A stretch of 55,426 bases of DNA, the filler included, from Squatina squatina (Eukaryota), in assembly GCA_031763465.1 (NCBI GenBank). It is 3 parts of 3 records of this genome, joined end to end, with 100 filler letters (N's around TTAATTAATTAA, not from the genome) between each part and the next. Parts side by side here need not be neighbours in the genome. Positions count along the whole stretch, not along the records: positions 1 to 26,420 come from JARFOE010000080.1; 2 more parts are not named here. One strand, written 5' to 3'. Under the pieces are notes generated by a model, which did not search any database, was not told the origin of the DNA, and worked only from the letters and a program-made list of their open reading frames with translations. Below, in pieces: positions 1-12,240 of the stretch. The translations under genes were made by a program, and so were the position numbers. Position 1 is the first letter of the stretch, and each line of letters begins with the position of its first letter.

Positions 1-140
1 CTGTATTCCCTTTATCCATACAAAATGTTCCTTTGAATTTGTCAAAAGTGACTTGTCTTTAATAAATCCATGCTGGCTGTCCTTGACTATTCCATAAACT
101 TCTAAATGTCCACTAACTTGATTCCAATTTATGAATTCTA
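1..140 (-). mobile_element. Decayed CR1-type LINE ORF2 fragment
   Basis: aataaatccatgctggctgtcc reads on the minus strand as the CR1 RT 'SQHGFIK' segment; similar to the copy at ~35150. Confidence 0.5.
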
Positions 141-837
141 AGTGGGAAAAATTCAGGTTGTTTGCACCTCCTGTTAGTGTAATGGTGAGATGTGCAAACC
201 TGTCCACGTATTAAAATGGGCTCACAGTTTCTCTGCTTCCCAAAGCACAAAGAAGATTATTTTCTGTACTCCACCGTTCACAACCAGTGATTACAATTAT
301 AACACATGCTTGTGTGGAACAATAATACGCTAAATAAATCATTCTAAAATTACTGATGTTGATTTAAAGTCTCTCAACCTCCCTAGAATCACTTCTGGCT
401 TCAGAATAAGCAACAGAAACAACCCATTGCCTTCATACTGCGTGTTTGCCATCATTTATTAACTTTTTTCTGTTTTCTTAAGGGGGAAGGGGATTATATT
501 GTTTAGATGCAATATTATTATCCTCAGAATGCAGTGTTGTGATTTTCATATTAATTTTATAAGTCACATCAATAAAATCTTAATGAAAAGTAACACTTTG
601 CTAATCTAGTTTCAACATTAAAAGATGAGATCAAGACAAATGAATGAAAGAATCAAATAATGTTAATTACAGTCCATGCACAGTGATTAACCTTCACTTT
701 AAATTGATTTAAATATATTTGCAATGTTGTATCTTTTATGTGGCTCATCTCAGTGCAGCAGAGCCCACGACAGGGCGGGAGCAGCAGAGCCCGGTGGAAA
801 ATCAGATTTCTGGCCCAAGCTGAGCTCTGGGTTTTTC

Positions 838-849
838 CAAGATGGCGGC
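838..849 (+). promoter_or_regulatory. YY1 consensus site in a GC-rich island upstream of AMER2
   Basis: Exact CAAGATGGCGGC within a GC/CpG-rich block (~750-1052) set in AT-rich DNA. It is separated from AMER2 by a gap and could instead be TE-derived. Confidence 0.35.
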
Positions 850-1309
850 GCCCACGTAGGTAAAATGAAGCGGGAGCACAGGGAACGGGAGGCCGGGCTA
901 GCAGAAGATCGGGGCACGTAGTGCAGAGGAACGGTTAATGTGAGGCCCAGGGAGCCAGGAGCCGAGCACTGAGAAGCAGCAGAGTGGGAAGTGAGAGGCC
1001 TGGGGAGACAGCGACCAGCAGCCGAGGAGCAGGGGAGCGAGAAGACTGAGGCNNNNNNNNNNNNNNNNNNNNNNNNNNNNNNNNNNNNNNNNNNNNNNNN
1101 NNNNNNNNNNNNNNNNNNNNNNNNNNNNNNNNNNNNNNNNNNNNNNNNNNNNGTTGACTGGCTCTAGTCCACAGATGACGAAAGCTGCTTATCCTCTTGG
1201 TTGCCATGGAGTTGAATTTGAGCAGTACTGAGGCTGCTAGTGGGGAAAATCAGCATCAGGCAGCTGCAGTGGTCTGCAGGAAGAAAACAGGAACAAGATC
1301 GTGGCAGAC

Positions 1310-2274
1310 ATGGACTTGCATTTTGATTGTAATGATATTTCAGCTTCTGAACAGCAATCCGGCAAGATAAGTAAGACAGCATTTAAATTATTTGGGAGGA
1401 GAAAGTCAGGGGGCACCATGCCTAGTATTTTTGGTGTGAAAAACAAAGGGGATGGGAAAAGCTCCTTGAAAATGGGGCTTGTTAGAAGCAAAACGCACGA
1501 TGGAATTGCTGATATGGGACTGGAAGTGAGCAACAAGGAAGAATCTTTGAGTAATTATCAACTGGACACTGATTCCAGTACAAAAATAGTCAGCAGTATG
1601 AGTTTTGCTTCTGGTGGTTGTGGACCTATTGCTAAGTCTCACAGTTTTTTTTCTTTACTAAAAAGGAATAGTAAATTAGAAAATGGCAAGGGTGAGTCAG
1701 TACATTCAAACTCTGAACAGGTGAAAGAGAAGAGTTGCAACAGACAAAAGAAAGGACTAAAAGGGTTGTTCAGCAGCATGAGATGGCATAGAAAGGACAA
1801 AATCAGTAAAGAGGAAAAGGCTGAGTACCTGGAAATCCATGGCACTATTACATTGCCTAGTTCTTTGACTGCCAGCTTGGAATGTGTTAAAGAAGAGACA
1901 CAGAAATCTTGCTCTGAACTTGAAAGTGCTGCAGTGGAAATGCAAAGCAAGTTATCCTGTGAAATGCAGATTGATAACGAGAGCGCCTCCACTGAGGAAT
2001 CTGAACAAGCAAATAGTGGGAAGTCCCTTCCAGAATTATGTAAAGATTTGGAGAAAGCTGCCATTGACAGCCAATCTTTGGACCAACATTCTAATGTCAA
2101 GGCATTAGAACAGCTGGAGGAAAAACAGGATGAAACTTTAACTGATGTGAGGCAGGGTGTACAAGAAGAAAGTGCTTCTGTAACTGGATCCAAATCTCGC
2201 AACACTCCTGGAACTGCAACACCCAGTGCACCCAATAATGATCCACCCTCGGAACAATCAATTGATCGAATTTG
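1310..2274 (+). CDS. AMER2: APC membrane recruitment protein 2, 5' part of the large coding exon (truncated by gap)
   Basis: ATG at 1310; MDLHFDC..SGKISKTAFKLFGRRKSGGTMPSIFGVKNKGDGKSS..GLVRSKTHDG, KSHSFFSLLK, KKGLKGLFSSMRWHRKDK, SLTASLECVKEE, PPSEQSIDRI match recalled vertebrate AMER2. Confidence 0.93.
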
Positions 2275-2651
2275 NNNNNNNNNNNNNNNNNNNNNNNNNN
2301 NNNNNNNNNNNNNNNNNNNNNNNNNNNNNNNNNNNNNNNNNNNNNNNNNNNNNNNNNNNNNNNNNNNNNNNNNNATTTCCCCGGAGGTATTCTTTTTATT
2401 CTCTTTTATTTGTGAGAGAACCCACCCTTTCAGTTTCAACTATGAATTTTGTTCTTGTAATTGCTCAAGCTGTTTATTATTTCCATATGCACATCCAGGG
2501 ATGTGCATCCCCGCTCTGCCCAGTCCTGGGTAGGGAAGAATTTCAGGGGCCCTGGTGCTTGTTACAACCTGCCATGAGCTGGGGGATCCCATGCACCCCT
2601 CATCACAGCCTGGAGACCCACCACAGGGCAGGGCAGCCACACACGTGTACT

Positions 2652-3007
2652 GGAGGAGAGGAGATGGCAAGCCCGGATGAAGTTGACGATGAATATCTGC
2701 AAGAATTCTGGGACACACCACCTCCAACAGCTGAGCCTCTTAAAGACAAACAAGAACAGATTTCAGCTGACCAAACATCATGGACAGCTTCAGAAGATAC
2801 AACTTGTCTTGATGAGGCAGCAGACAGTACAGTAGTCAAGCAGCTTACTCTGAATGATATTTCCATAAGTAAGAATGACAAAGAAGACCCAACAACAACT
2901 ACAAGTGATCAACAAGAATGTGTCCCAAATAGTGATGAGGGATATTGGGACTCCACAACCCCTGGACCTGATGACCTATATCCTAGGGTTTTGAAAGAGG
3001 TGGCTAT
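2652..3007 (+). CDS. AMER2: AMER2 coding exon, middle part (truncated by gap)
   Basis: GGEEMASPDEVDDEYLQEFWD and VPNSDEGYWDSTTPGP are conserved AMER-family motifs; the C-terminus presumably lies in the 3008-3767 gap. Confidence 0.9.
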
Positions 3008-4738
3008 NNNNNNNNNNNNNNNNNNNNNNNNNNNNNNNNNNNNNNNNNNNNNNNNNNNNNNNNNNNNNNNNNNNNNNNNNNNNNNNNNNNNNNNNNNNNN
3101 NNNNNNNNNNNNNNNNNNNNNNNNNNNNNNNNNNNNNNNNNNNNNNNNNNNNNNNNNNNNNNNNNNNNNNNNNNNNNNNNNNNNNNNNNNNNNNNNNNNN
3201 NNNNNNNNNNNNNNNNNNNNNNNNNNNNNNNNNNNNNNNNNNNNNNNNNNNNNNNNNNNNNNNNNNNNNNNNNNNNNNNNNNNNNNNNNNNNNNNNNNNN
3301 NNNNNNNNNNNNNNNNNNNNNNNNNNNNNNNNNNNNNNNNNNNNNNNNNNNNNNNNNNNNNNNNNNNNNNNNNNNNNNNNNNNNNNNNNNNNNNNNNNNN
3401 NNNNNNNNNNNNNNNNNNNNNNNNNNNNNNNNNNNNNNNNNNNNNNNNNNNNNNNNNNNNNNNNNNNNNNNNNNNNNNNNNNNNNNNNNNNNNNNNNNNN
3501 NNNNNNNNNNNNNNNNNNNNNNNNNNNNNNNNNNNNNNNNNNNNNNNNNNNNNNNNNNNNNNNNNNNNNNNNNNNNNNNNNNNNNNNNNNNNNNNNNNNN
3601 NNNNNNNNNNNNNNNNNNNNNNNNNNNNNNNNNNNNNNNNNNNNNNNNNNNNNNNNNNNNNNNNNNNNNNNNNNNNNNNNNNNNNNNNNNNNNNNNNNNN
3701 NNNNNNNNNNNNNNNNNNNNNNNNNNNNNNNNNNNNNNNNNNNNNNNNNNNNNNNNNNNNNNNNNNNATGACAAGTAATAGACTGTGTGTTACTAGCTTC
3801 ACTGCTGTACTGGAATGTTAGGACATTATTCTTCAAAAGTTGATGATTAATTGTCATCAACACAATCTACGGCAGAGAAAAGGCTACACTCTGATTGTGC
3901 CTAGAGCCAATCCATTCTGGGATCAGATTCTGTTGAACCGTTGGATGTTTGTGATCTGCAGTAGGAGAAGAAAGGAAACTGATATATAAGATGGTTACAT
4001 AACTATGATCAGGGAATGATTACATAATCAGGACCAGCTTGTGCTCTCATTACAGTGAAACCACTCACAATTAATTTGTAGAAAGACGGCAAAGAAGTGA
4101 AGCATTTATTCCCTTGAAGCTATTTTTTGAAAGATGATGGGAGGGAAGTCTGCCTTTCTATATAGTTTTATTGCCTTCACGACGTATCCTTTTGAACTTT
4201 CAATCTGTCAATGTTTTTTTTTGAGTAACTAAATCCTTGTGGTCTTATTTTCTACATGTGAGTGAGTACAAAACTCAGATTGTGGAGTTAAAATACAGTA
4301 AGGTGAATGAGCACCAGAAATGTTCTTACCAACGGGGGCAGATACAAGTGTAAATATACATTTAACTTGGAATGTTCCTTTCAGAATCTTCTGTACAGTC
4401 ATTGCTTTAACTCTATCTAGACAGAGTGAGTGATAGGCATATGATCTCCAATTTTTATATTTAAACTCTCTGAGGTGTATCCTTTATTTGTAACAGACTG
4501 ATTGTGACAAAGAGCAGCTTATGCAGTGAAGGAAGACAAAAATGGATAATATTTATTACATATTTGTACTATTGTCTCCAGTGCAACTGGTTAAAATAGT
4601 TCTTATTTATTGCAGGAAACCTACTTGCCAATCACCTGNNNNNNNNNNNNNNNNNNNNNNNNNNNNNNNNNNNNNNNNNNNNNNNNNNNNNNNNNNNNNN
4701 NNNNNNNNNNNNNNNNNNNNNNNNNNNNNNNNNNNNNN

Positions 4739-4894
4739 ACTACAACAAAGTCAGCACTGTGGGAGTACCTTCACCACATGGACTGCAGCGGATCAAGAAG
4801 TTGGCTCACTATTACCTTCTCGAGGGCAATTAGGGATGGGCAATCTATGCCGGCCTTGCCAGCGACGCCCGCACCCCATGAATAAATTTTTAAA
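4739..4894 (+). mobile_element. 3' tail of a shark LINE/SINE family
   Basis: catggactgcagcgg...gggcaattagggatgggcaat...ccttgccagcgacgccc...atgaataaatttttaaaa; a reverse-strand relative lies at ~28757-28985. Confidence 0.55.
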
Positions 4895-5980
4895 AGGTGC
4901 CGTCTGAGACATCATCAGGGAAGCAACGTTGTCTGTAGATTCCGATGGAAGAGTCTTTTGTTTTAGTGCACCCTTATCCTGTGTGTCTCTGTCATTTCCT
5001 ATTCCTCCTGCTTCTGCTCTGCCTCCAGTATAAGAATCAATATGGGAATGGTCATATTGCACCCCATGGTGACCATTGCATGATAGAATGATGGGAAGAA
5101 AGAGGTTTCCCTGCCTGAAATTGCTGAAAGACAAATAGCAAAATCTTTCCACAGATGCACAGCTGAAAAAACATTCCAATCACTTCAGTTTGTGGTCATG
5201 CAAAGCCTGTGAACTCAACCACTTCTTGGTTTGATAACTCATGCTACCTTACCCCTCTTTTCTACAAGCTTAACTTAAATCAGGTCCAATTTTGATGTAA
5301 ATGGTGGAAGCAGCTTTGGCTCTCATTACCCTGTCATAAACAGACATGCACCACTTTGGGGGCAGGCACATCTTCTGCCAGTAGTGGATGCTATCAGAGT
5401 TTAATGTGTATTTTGGAACAGGTGTAATTCTGATGTATCTGACTTCCCACCCCCACCCCCTCCACTTGCACCCACTTCCCGTCCCCCGCCACCAAACAAA
5501 TTCTGGTCCCCTAAGCCACAACTACATCAATTTTGCATCAAGAAATATGTTGAAATTTCGGGACTAGTTTCTTCCAGCAAATCTTCTGAAAATAGCTCAA
5601 CTATTCACGGGAAGAAATGATCGATCTGGATTTTATGTAACTCTAGCTTTAAATCAGCACAATAAGGACTGCAACAGACTGGTTGTGACTTTGGAATTAT
5701 CAATAATATAATTAACCAACATTTCTGTTACCTCCAGTTCTTTGATGACTCCCGATTTATTTCTGTATTTATAAAGTATGTAATGTCGTAATTAAAATTT
5801 CATATCTTGAAATCTTTGGATGTTTTTATTTTCAGCTATTGGTAAATGAAATATTTATGAAATCTCAGGCCTGGATATGTATTTCTGTAACATTTACAGT
5901 TCATCTTTATATACACATACTTTAAATTCTGAAAAACTCTTGTTTGTAGCACATCTCCAGGACTCACTCTTTCCCAGCCT

Positions 5981-5994
5981 GTTGCCATGGTAAT
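5981..5994. promoter_or_regulatory. RFX X-box-like palindrome
   Basis: GTTGCCATGGTAAT, 13/14 to GTTRCCATGGYAAC. Confidence 0.35.
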
Positions 5995-6280
5995 GAATGC
6001 CAATGACAATTGTTACTGCCAGCTGTACAAGTGCAATGTGGAACAGATCCATGGGTTGCTTGCTAATGAGATTGTTATTGTACCTACTATTTTCCTGCTG
6101 CCTGCAGAGGATAATTATCAATGCAGAATGTTAACCAGGAAAATTAACCTTTACTACTTCCTTCCTTTTGATATCAGAATATTCTATATTGAATAATAAT
6201 GCTTCTTGAAGGGTTACAGTTCTATGCTGGCAATTGGGACTTTGCACCAGTGTGGTAACAATCTGGAACAATCTCAGCAT

Positions 6281-6294
6281 GTTACCATGGCAAT
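6281..6294. promoter_or_regulatory. RFX X-box-like palindrome
   Basis: GTTACCATGGCAAT, 13/14 to GTTRCCATGGYAAC, 300 bp from the first copy. Confidence 0.35.
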
Positions 6295-6578
6295 GTCATG
6301 CCAACACAAAATAGCATCAGTAAACAAAGACACCGATTTTCAGTTAGAAATGACACTACAACATCCAGAATAACAGCAATGTGCATCCAGCTAAAGGGAC
6401 CATGTGGCTTTTGATCTTGATAATAAAAAATGTAATTCTATGTACCTGTGACCTCTTTTTAGCTAATGATGATTTAAGNNNNNNNNNNNNNNNNNNNNNN
6501 NNNNNNNNNNNNNNNNNNNNNNNNNNNNNNNNNNNNNNNNNNNNNNNNNNNNNNNNNNNNNNNNNNNNNNNNNNNNNN

Positions 6579-7739
6579 CACAGATTTGGGAGGCGACAAC
6601 ATGTTCAAGGACTTTGGAGAGCATAAGGCAGTAGTTTGCATGGACAGAGGGGTTAAGCATTAGATTTTTGAGGAGAGGAGTAATGATGGCAGATATGAAG
6701 GAGAGGGGGACAGCCAACAAGGGAGCCAGGACGGAAGCTGGGTGGTCAGCAGTTTAGTGGGAATAGGATCAAGAGAGCAGGAGATGGGTCTCATTTCAAG
6801 ATGACTCGGGGGTGGGGGGGCATGAAGGGAGATAAGATAGAAACTAAATAAATAATGCAAATTCAGAGTTAGGGCCAGGGGCAAACTTAGAGCAAGTTAG
6901 GTCCGGTGGGCTAGGGGAAGGGAGGGAAGTAGCAGATACAGCTGAACTAATAGACACAATCTTTGTAACAAAACAGTCAATGAGCTGGAAGAGAAGCCGG
7001 GTGTTATCTCTGCCTTCCTATGACTTTAAAATAGTGGCCCGTTTTAGCGATGGAAAGCAGGACGTGATAATACTTTATGATTCAGCCAGACCTGAGGATG
7101 GATGGTTAAACCAGATGTTTGCCAAATCTACGTCCCTTGGACTTAAGGGAGCAGGGATGAGAGGTATACCGGAGGAATGACTAGGGTGGAAGTGTAAGGG
7201 TTTTAATGGCGACAAGAACAAGAACAGTGGTGGAGGGGGTGTGACTTAGCAAATCAGTAGCTGCAGAAATGTCATGAAAAACTATAGGCTAAAGGCTAGA
7301 TGGTTGGGAATTTGAAAGTGTGGTTGTAAGAGACTTGAGGGTGAGTTTTTTTTTCCCCCAGGGGCATACACAACAAGAAGTGGGGTTGGGAGGGGGAGGG
7401 AAATATGGGTAGAGAGTGATATAAGGAAATGATCAGAGGTTGCCTCATCAGATAGTTGTGGCGGGTGTAGCGAGGCCATGTGAGATGACAAGATCGAGGG
7501 GATAGCAGTGTATATGGATAGGAGAGTTTATATGGAGGGAGAGATTTAGGGACAAAGGAGGACTGTGAACTCAGAGGGGAGCAAGAAGTGTTGAGGTGGA
7601 GGTTGAAATAATCGAGGATGAGAAGCCGCTTGGTGCAGAGACAGAGGGAGGAAAGCAGAGAAGATATCTCAATAAGGTACCAGTGAGCGCAACCCCAATT
7701 TCCCATTCACCAACAGTCCCAGACCTCCCAGTGTCAGTT
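6579..7739 (-). mobile_element. Decayed L2/CR1-clade LINE ORF2 (endonuclease end to RT start)
   Basis: Minus-strand peptides RLLILDYFNLHLN, SDHFLISLS, SCSLDPIPTKLL, SKVLEHVVASQI, with frameshifts and stops. Confidence 0.75.
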
Positions 7740-8319
7740 NNNNNNNNNNNNNNNNNNNNNNNNNNNNNNNNNNNNNNNNNNNNNNNNNNNNNNNNNNNNN
7801 NNNNNNNNNNNNNNNNNNNNNNNNNNNNNNNNNNNNNNNGTGGAACATGCCTGATGTTAGCTGTTGATTATCCCTTTCTCAGGCTTTCCACAGACTGATC
7901 AAAGGCGACATAGGTGGAGCTCCATGAAGATACCCCATGTGGCAGCAATGGAAGAATTCCACTTTGTCTCCATTTGGATTAAATGCTTGTGTCTGGGCTA
8001 CACAAAGAACCCGTTCAACATATTTATTGGAAGAATGCTACCTAACAGAATTAAAAGCACTGATGGTATGGACCCTTGCATTCTACTCCATATAATTTTG
8101 TTGCAGTTTTTAGTGTCACTTCAAAGTGAAGGATTTCAGGACACTTTTCGTTTTCTAGTATTCAAAGGTGACAAGTATAAATATGAAATATAAGTACTTC
8201 TGATTTTACCCCTATTTTCAAAAAAAGTACTCTCACTGCAGCCAAGTTATTTCTATTTTTCACACTAACCTCTTTGAGTGACCTTTGAGTGCCAAATTGT
8301 CAGCAACACTGTTCTGCAG

Positions 8320-8857
8320 ACTCACCCTGATCTCTCTGTCATTGACCTCTTACGCTGTTCCACTGAAGCTCAATGTAAGCTCGAGGAACAGCACCTCTTC
8401 TTCTGTTCAGGCACTTTACAGCCTTCTGGACTCAACATCAAGTTCAACAATTTCAAACCATAACCTCTGCCCAGTTATTGTCTATTTTTGTTTCCCTCGA
8501 ATGGCTGTTGCTGATTTACACCCTATCTCGCCCCATCTTTTGATCCATAACATGCCCATTACCATCTCCTTTTGCCATGCACCATCTCTTAATGCTCCTT
8601 AATCTCTTCTGCCTCCAACCCTATCACAGACCTTCCCTTTGTTCTTTTCTCCCCTCCCCACCCCCCCCACTTTCCCTGTCCCTGCACTTGCTTAAAAACC
8701 TGCTACATTTCTAATTTTTTCCAATTTGGATGAAGGGTCATTGACCTGAAATGTTAACACTGTTTCTCTCTCCAGAGATGCTGCCTGACCTGCTGAGTAG
8801 TTGGAGCATTTTCTGTTTTTATATCAGATTTCAGCATCTGCAGTATTTTGCTTTTGC
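8320..8857 (+). mobile_element. Penelope-like retroelement 3' end with pseudo-LTR
   Basis: CKLEEQHLFFCSGTLQPSGLNIKFNNFK resembles the GIY-YIG C-terminal tail, followed by a pyrimidine-rich UTR and the gatgaagggtca..gacctgaaatgttaac..gatgctgcctgacctgctgagta tail also seen at 35752-35948. Confidence 0.7.
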
Positions 8858-9587
8858 TCCAGGACATATAGATCAGTTGGTGCTTGCAAACATGAGAGAA
8901 AGACCCACATACAAATTGCTGTGAGCTGCTGTCTTGTTCTGGGACACTGGGAATGCTGCTCTCCAGACCGACAATGGCTGGAAAGGAACAAAATGAGAAT
9001 ACTTGCTCCAAGAGATACCTTCAAGCAAAGCTTGCATTGCAATGTAAATGCTGCTTGTGTGGTTGTGTGTATGCCTGTGAGGGAGTAAGTCAAAGAGTAA
9101 CAATAGAGAAGAGCAGGAAGGTACTAGTCCTGAGCTTGAGGGAGGCCTGCGATTTCACCTTTCCCTGTTTCCTCCATGCTGTTCTGTTCAAGGGTGTCTA
9201 CAATTCTGGCCTTGCTCCATTTTGGGTCTTTTCCATTTTATTCTTTGCCACCTTGTTACGCAGGGAAGTAGCCTTGACATGTTGTAAGTTGAAGGAGAGT
9301 AGGTACAGTAACAGACCACTGTGGGTAGTGAAGAAAGTNNNNNNNNNNNNNNNNNNNNNNNNNNNNNNNNNNNNNNNNNNNNNNNNNNNNNNNNNNNNNN
9401 NNNNNNNNNNNNNNNNNNNNNNNNNNNNNNNNNNNNNNTAAGCACTTGTTACAAACAAGTGTGCACATTTGCAAAAATGGATTTCAAAGATGTTTCTCCT
9501 TATAACATGACTTCTAAGGCATTTTCTATAGTTAATTGAGGTTAAAATATCCCTCTTTTATACTATATACAATCTGCTGTCTCCCGA

Positions 9588-10469
9588 CATAGAAAAAACC
9601 TGGGAATATAGAACAAAACCAGTGGTAAGATACTGGAATCTATATTAAAAGAAGTGATAGAAGAGCATCTAAGACAGAAAATATAATAAAAAATAGCATG
9701 GAATCCAAATGGCTTAAGTCATGCTTAACTAACCTGATAGAGGTAATGGAAAGAGTAGACAAGGGTAATGTGGTCGATGTCATATAACTTGGATTTTCAA
9801 AAGGCATCTTATTTTCGATAAGTACCACATGGTAGGCTCGTGACAAAGGTTAGGGCATGTGGAGTCAGGGGACAAATAGCTGAATGGATAGAAAATTGTC
9901 TAAAAATAGAAAACAGAGAGTAGGGGTAAAGGGTAGTTATTCAGATTGGAGGAGGGTAGAAAGTGGTGTTCCACAAGGATCAATGCTGAGGCCACTGTTG
10001 ATCATTTACATTAATTCTTTGGACGTAGGAACAGGTAACTCAATATCAACATTTGTAGATAATACCAAATTTGGGGAGGAGGAGGAGAGTATAGCTAACA
10101 TTGAGGAAAAATGCAACATCATAAAATGCAACAAGAAATGAGAAAACTTGCAGACTGGGGAGTTAAGTGGTAACTGAACCTGAACATAGATAAATGTGAG
10201 GCGATGCACTTTGGTGGGAAAAGAAGAAACATCACCTACACCTTAGAAAAAAGAAACTGAATGAGGTAGAACTGCAAAGGGATCCAGAGATACAGGTGAA
10301 CAAGTCATTAACAGCAGCATCGCAGGTTAGGAAATCATTTAAAAATTCTAAAAAAGCGCGAGGATTTTTTCTTAGGGGTATAGAATTCAAAAGTAGTGAA
10401 GTTATGTTAGACTTGTATAGGACCCTGGTCGGGCCACATTTCGAGTACCGTGCACAGTCCTGGCCTCCG
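9588..10469 (+). mobile_element. Decayed CR1 LINE reverse transcriptase fragment
   Basis: KSCLTNL, RKQRVGVKGSYSDWRRVESGVPQGSMLRPLL, ISTFVDNTKFG, LYRTLVGPHFEY; multiple disablements. Confidence 0.85.
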
Positions 10470-11904
10470 NNNNNNNNNNNNNNNNNNNNNNNNNNNNNNN
10501 NNNNNNNNNNNNNNNNNNNNNNNNNNNNNNNNNNNNNNNNNNNNNNNNNNNNNNNNNNNNNNNNNNNNNAACACTCCGTGCAAATTGGGTGTTAAATTTC
10601 TTGGGCCAGTGGTAGATTTTTACAATACAAGTATTTGTGTTTCTGCTTAAAATACTGCATGAAACTTCTTCAGAGTAGGAGTATGTCATATGAAATGTTT
10701 GGTTTTTTTTAGTCATTTTCAAAATGAACCTAGACCACAGAAGGAAAATTTTTTACTTAAGTCAAATGCAGTTCTAGTAAATGGCTGTCCCAAAGTCCTT
10801 TTGAGAAACAAACTGCTTTTACTGAAAATATATATTTGATCAGAACAACTACATATAATTGTGTGCCAAATGAAATGCATCACTTCCTGCCACAGTGACA
10901 ACTCACAGTGCACACTCCAGAGATTAAAGACTTGCGAACTGAGAGGGTTTATGTGTTCTCGCAGAATGTTTTTGGTTAAAGATTTTGTCAGACTGTACCG
11001 GTTGCTATATAAACAAACATAATACATTACTACGCTGCCAAAGGAGGGCAAAGTGCTTTCGGAACGCTGGTCCAAATGACTGAAGGAAAGTATGAAGCAT
11101 GTTTTCTGTTCTTTGCTTTGATTTCCTGCAGCACTGCCCACCAGCAATGCGTGGGTGGAGTCATCAGTCTTTTACTGCCAACATATCATCATACAGTACT
11201 TCTTAGTGCTGTGCAGCTTACTTGGGAGCATTGCAGTGGATTTGAATAGAGTATATCTCCGAGCAACAGAAAGTTGTTTAGGTTCAGATTGAGCATGCAC
11301 TGCCATTTTGCTTGGAAGGCTGTGTACGTTGAAAAGATGTGGTTCACAAGATTTGGTGAGTTCATGTGAAGTAGTTTGGACAGTGCTTGATGGACTGCTT
11401 TATTATATTTGAAGATTACCAAATGTTATAGTAAATCTCTCTTAGACTTTCAGTAACATCCTAGCTTTTTAAAAATGTTAATATCTGTGTAACTAGATCT
11501 TGCTACGTTCCAATGTAACTAATTGCTACTTCTTTTACTGAATGTTTTTAATTTTTTTGGCTCTCTAGCCACAATGGGGGTTGATGAATTTATACAAGGG
11601 AGATAATGTGCTTTCAAAAGACTAAGATTTTATTACATTTCAAAAACTGATGAGATAAGTTTATTGAAAGTGGCTAAAAGCAGAACATGCAAAAAGATGG
11701 GATTATAGATTAGTTGCAATTGGATGAAGCGTTTGTCGTGCTGTATATTTTATGAGAAAAATGTTTTCATTCATTACTTTAAGGATGATTGCGAGGCTTG
11801 AACTGTGCCAATTATAAACAATAAAATTGATGATATAGCTATCCCACGTGCCTTAATTTATTCAGTCTAGTGAGCCAAAATCTTACCAGCACCTTTTATG
11901 TTTT

Positions 11905-12240
11905 TTTAATTCCTCCATTCCTGAAGGTGTTGACAGCTTTCTGGGGTACAGTTCCATGGACACTAGGCAATACCTCACCCTCGTGAGCCTTGACAGTGAG
12001 TGTTGGCAGGCTACTTGACCATGGAGACATCACAGTCAAGACTGATCTGTCCTCTCCTCTGATATGCAGTTTCATCAGGGATTGTTAGATAGCAATCAGC
12101 AGCAGGAACTCTTGCAATTTTTTCTTCTGACCCACAACCCAGCATTGTTGAGGCCATATGTAAACTCCTGGCTATGCTCAACAAACTGAATACAAAGAAG
12201 AGGTCAAAGCTAAAACTTTTCTGGTCTATATAACTTGGTT
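11905..12240 (-). mobile_element. Old tRNA-type SINE remnant
   Basis: Shares segments with the dispersed copies at ~31090-31650 and ~52620-52932; boundaries approximate. Confidence 0.4.

Noticed and set aside
1639-2439. 266-aa minus-strand ORF
   Set aside because: Antisense shadow of AMER2 with no recognisable motif.
2909-3863. Long ORFs of 250-530 aa in the ORF track
   Set aside because: They consist mostly of X from the N gap; the same applies to most other gap-spanning ORFs.
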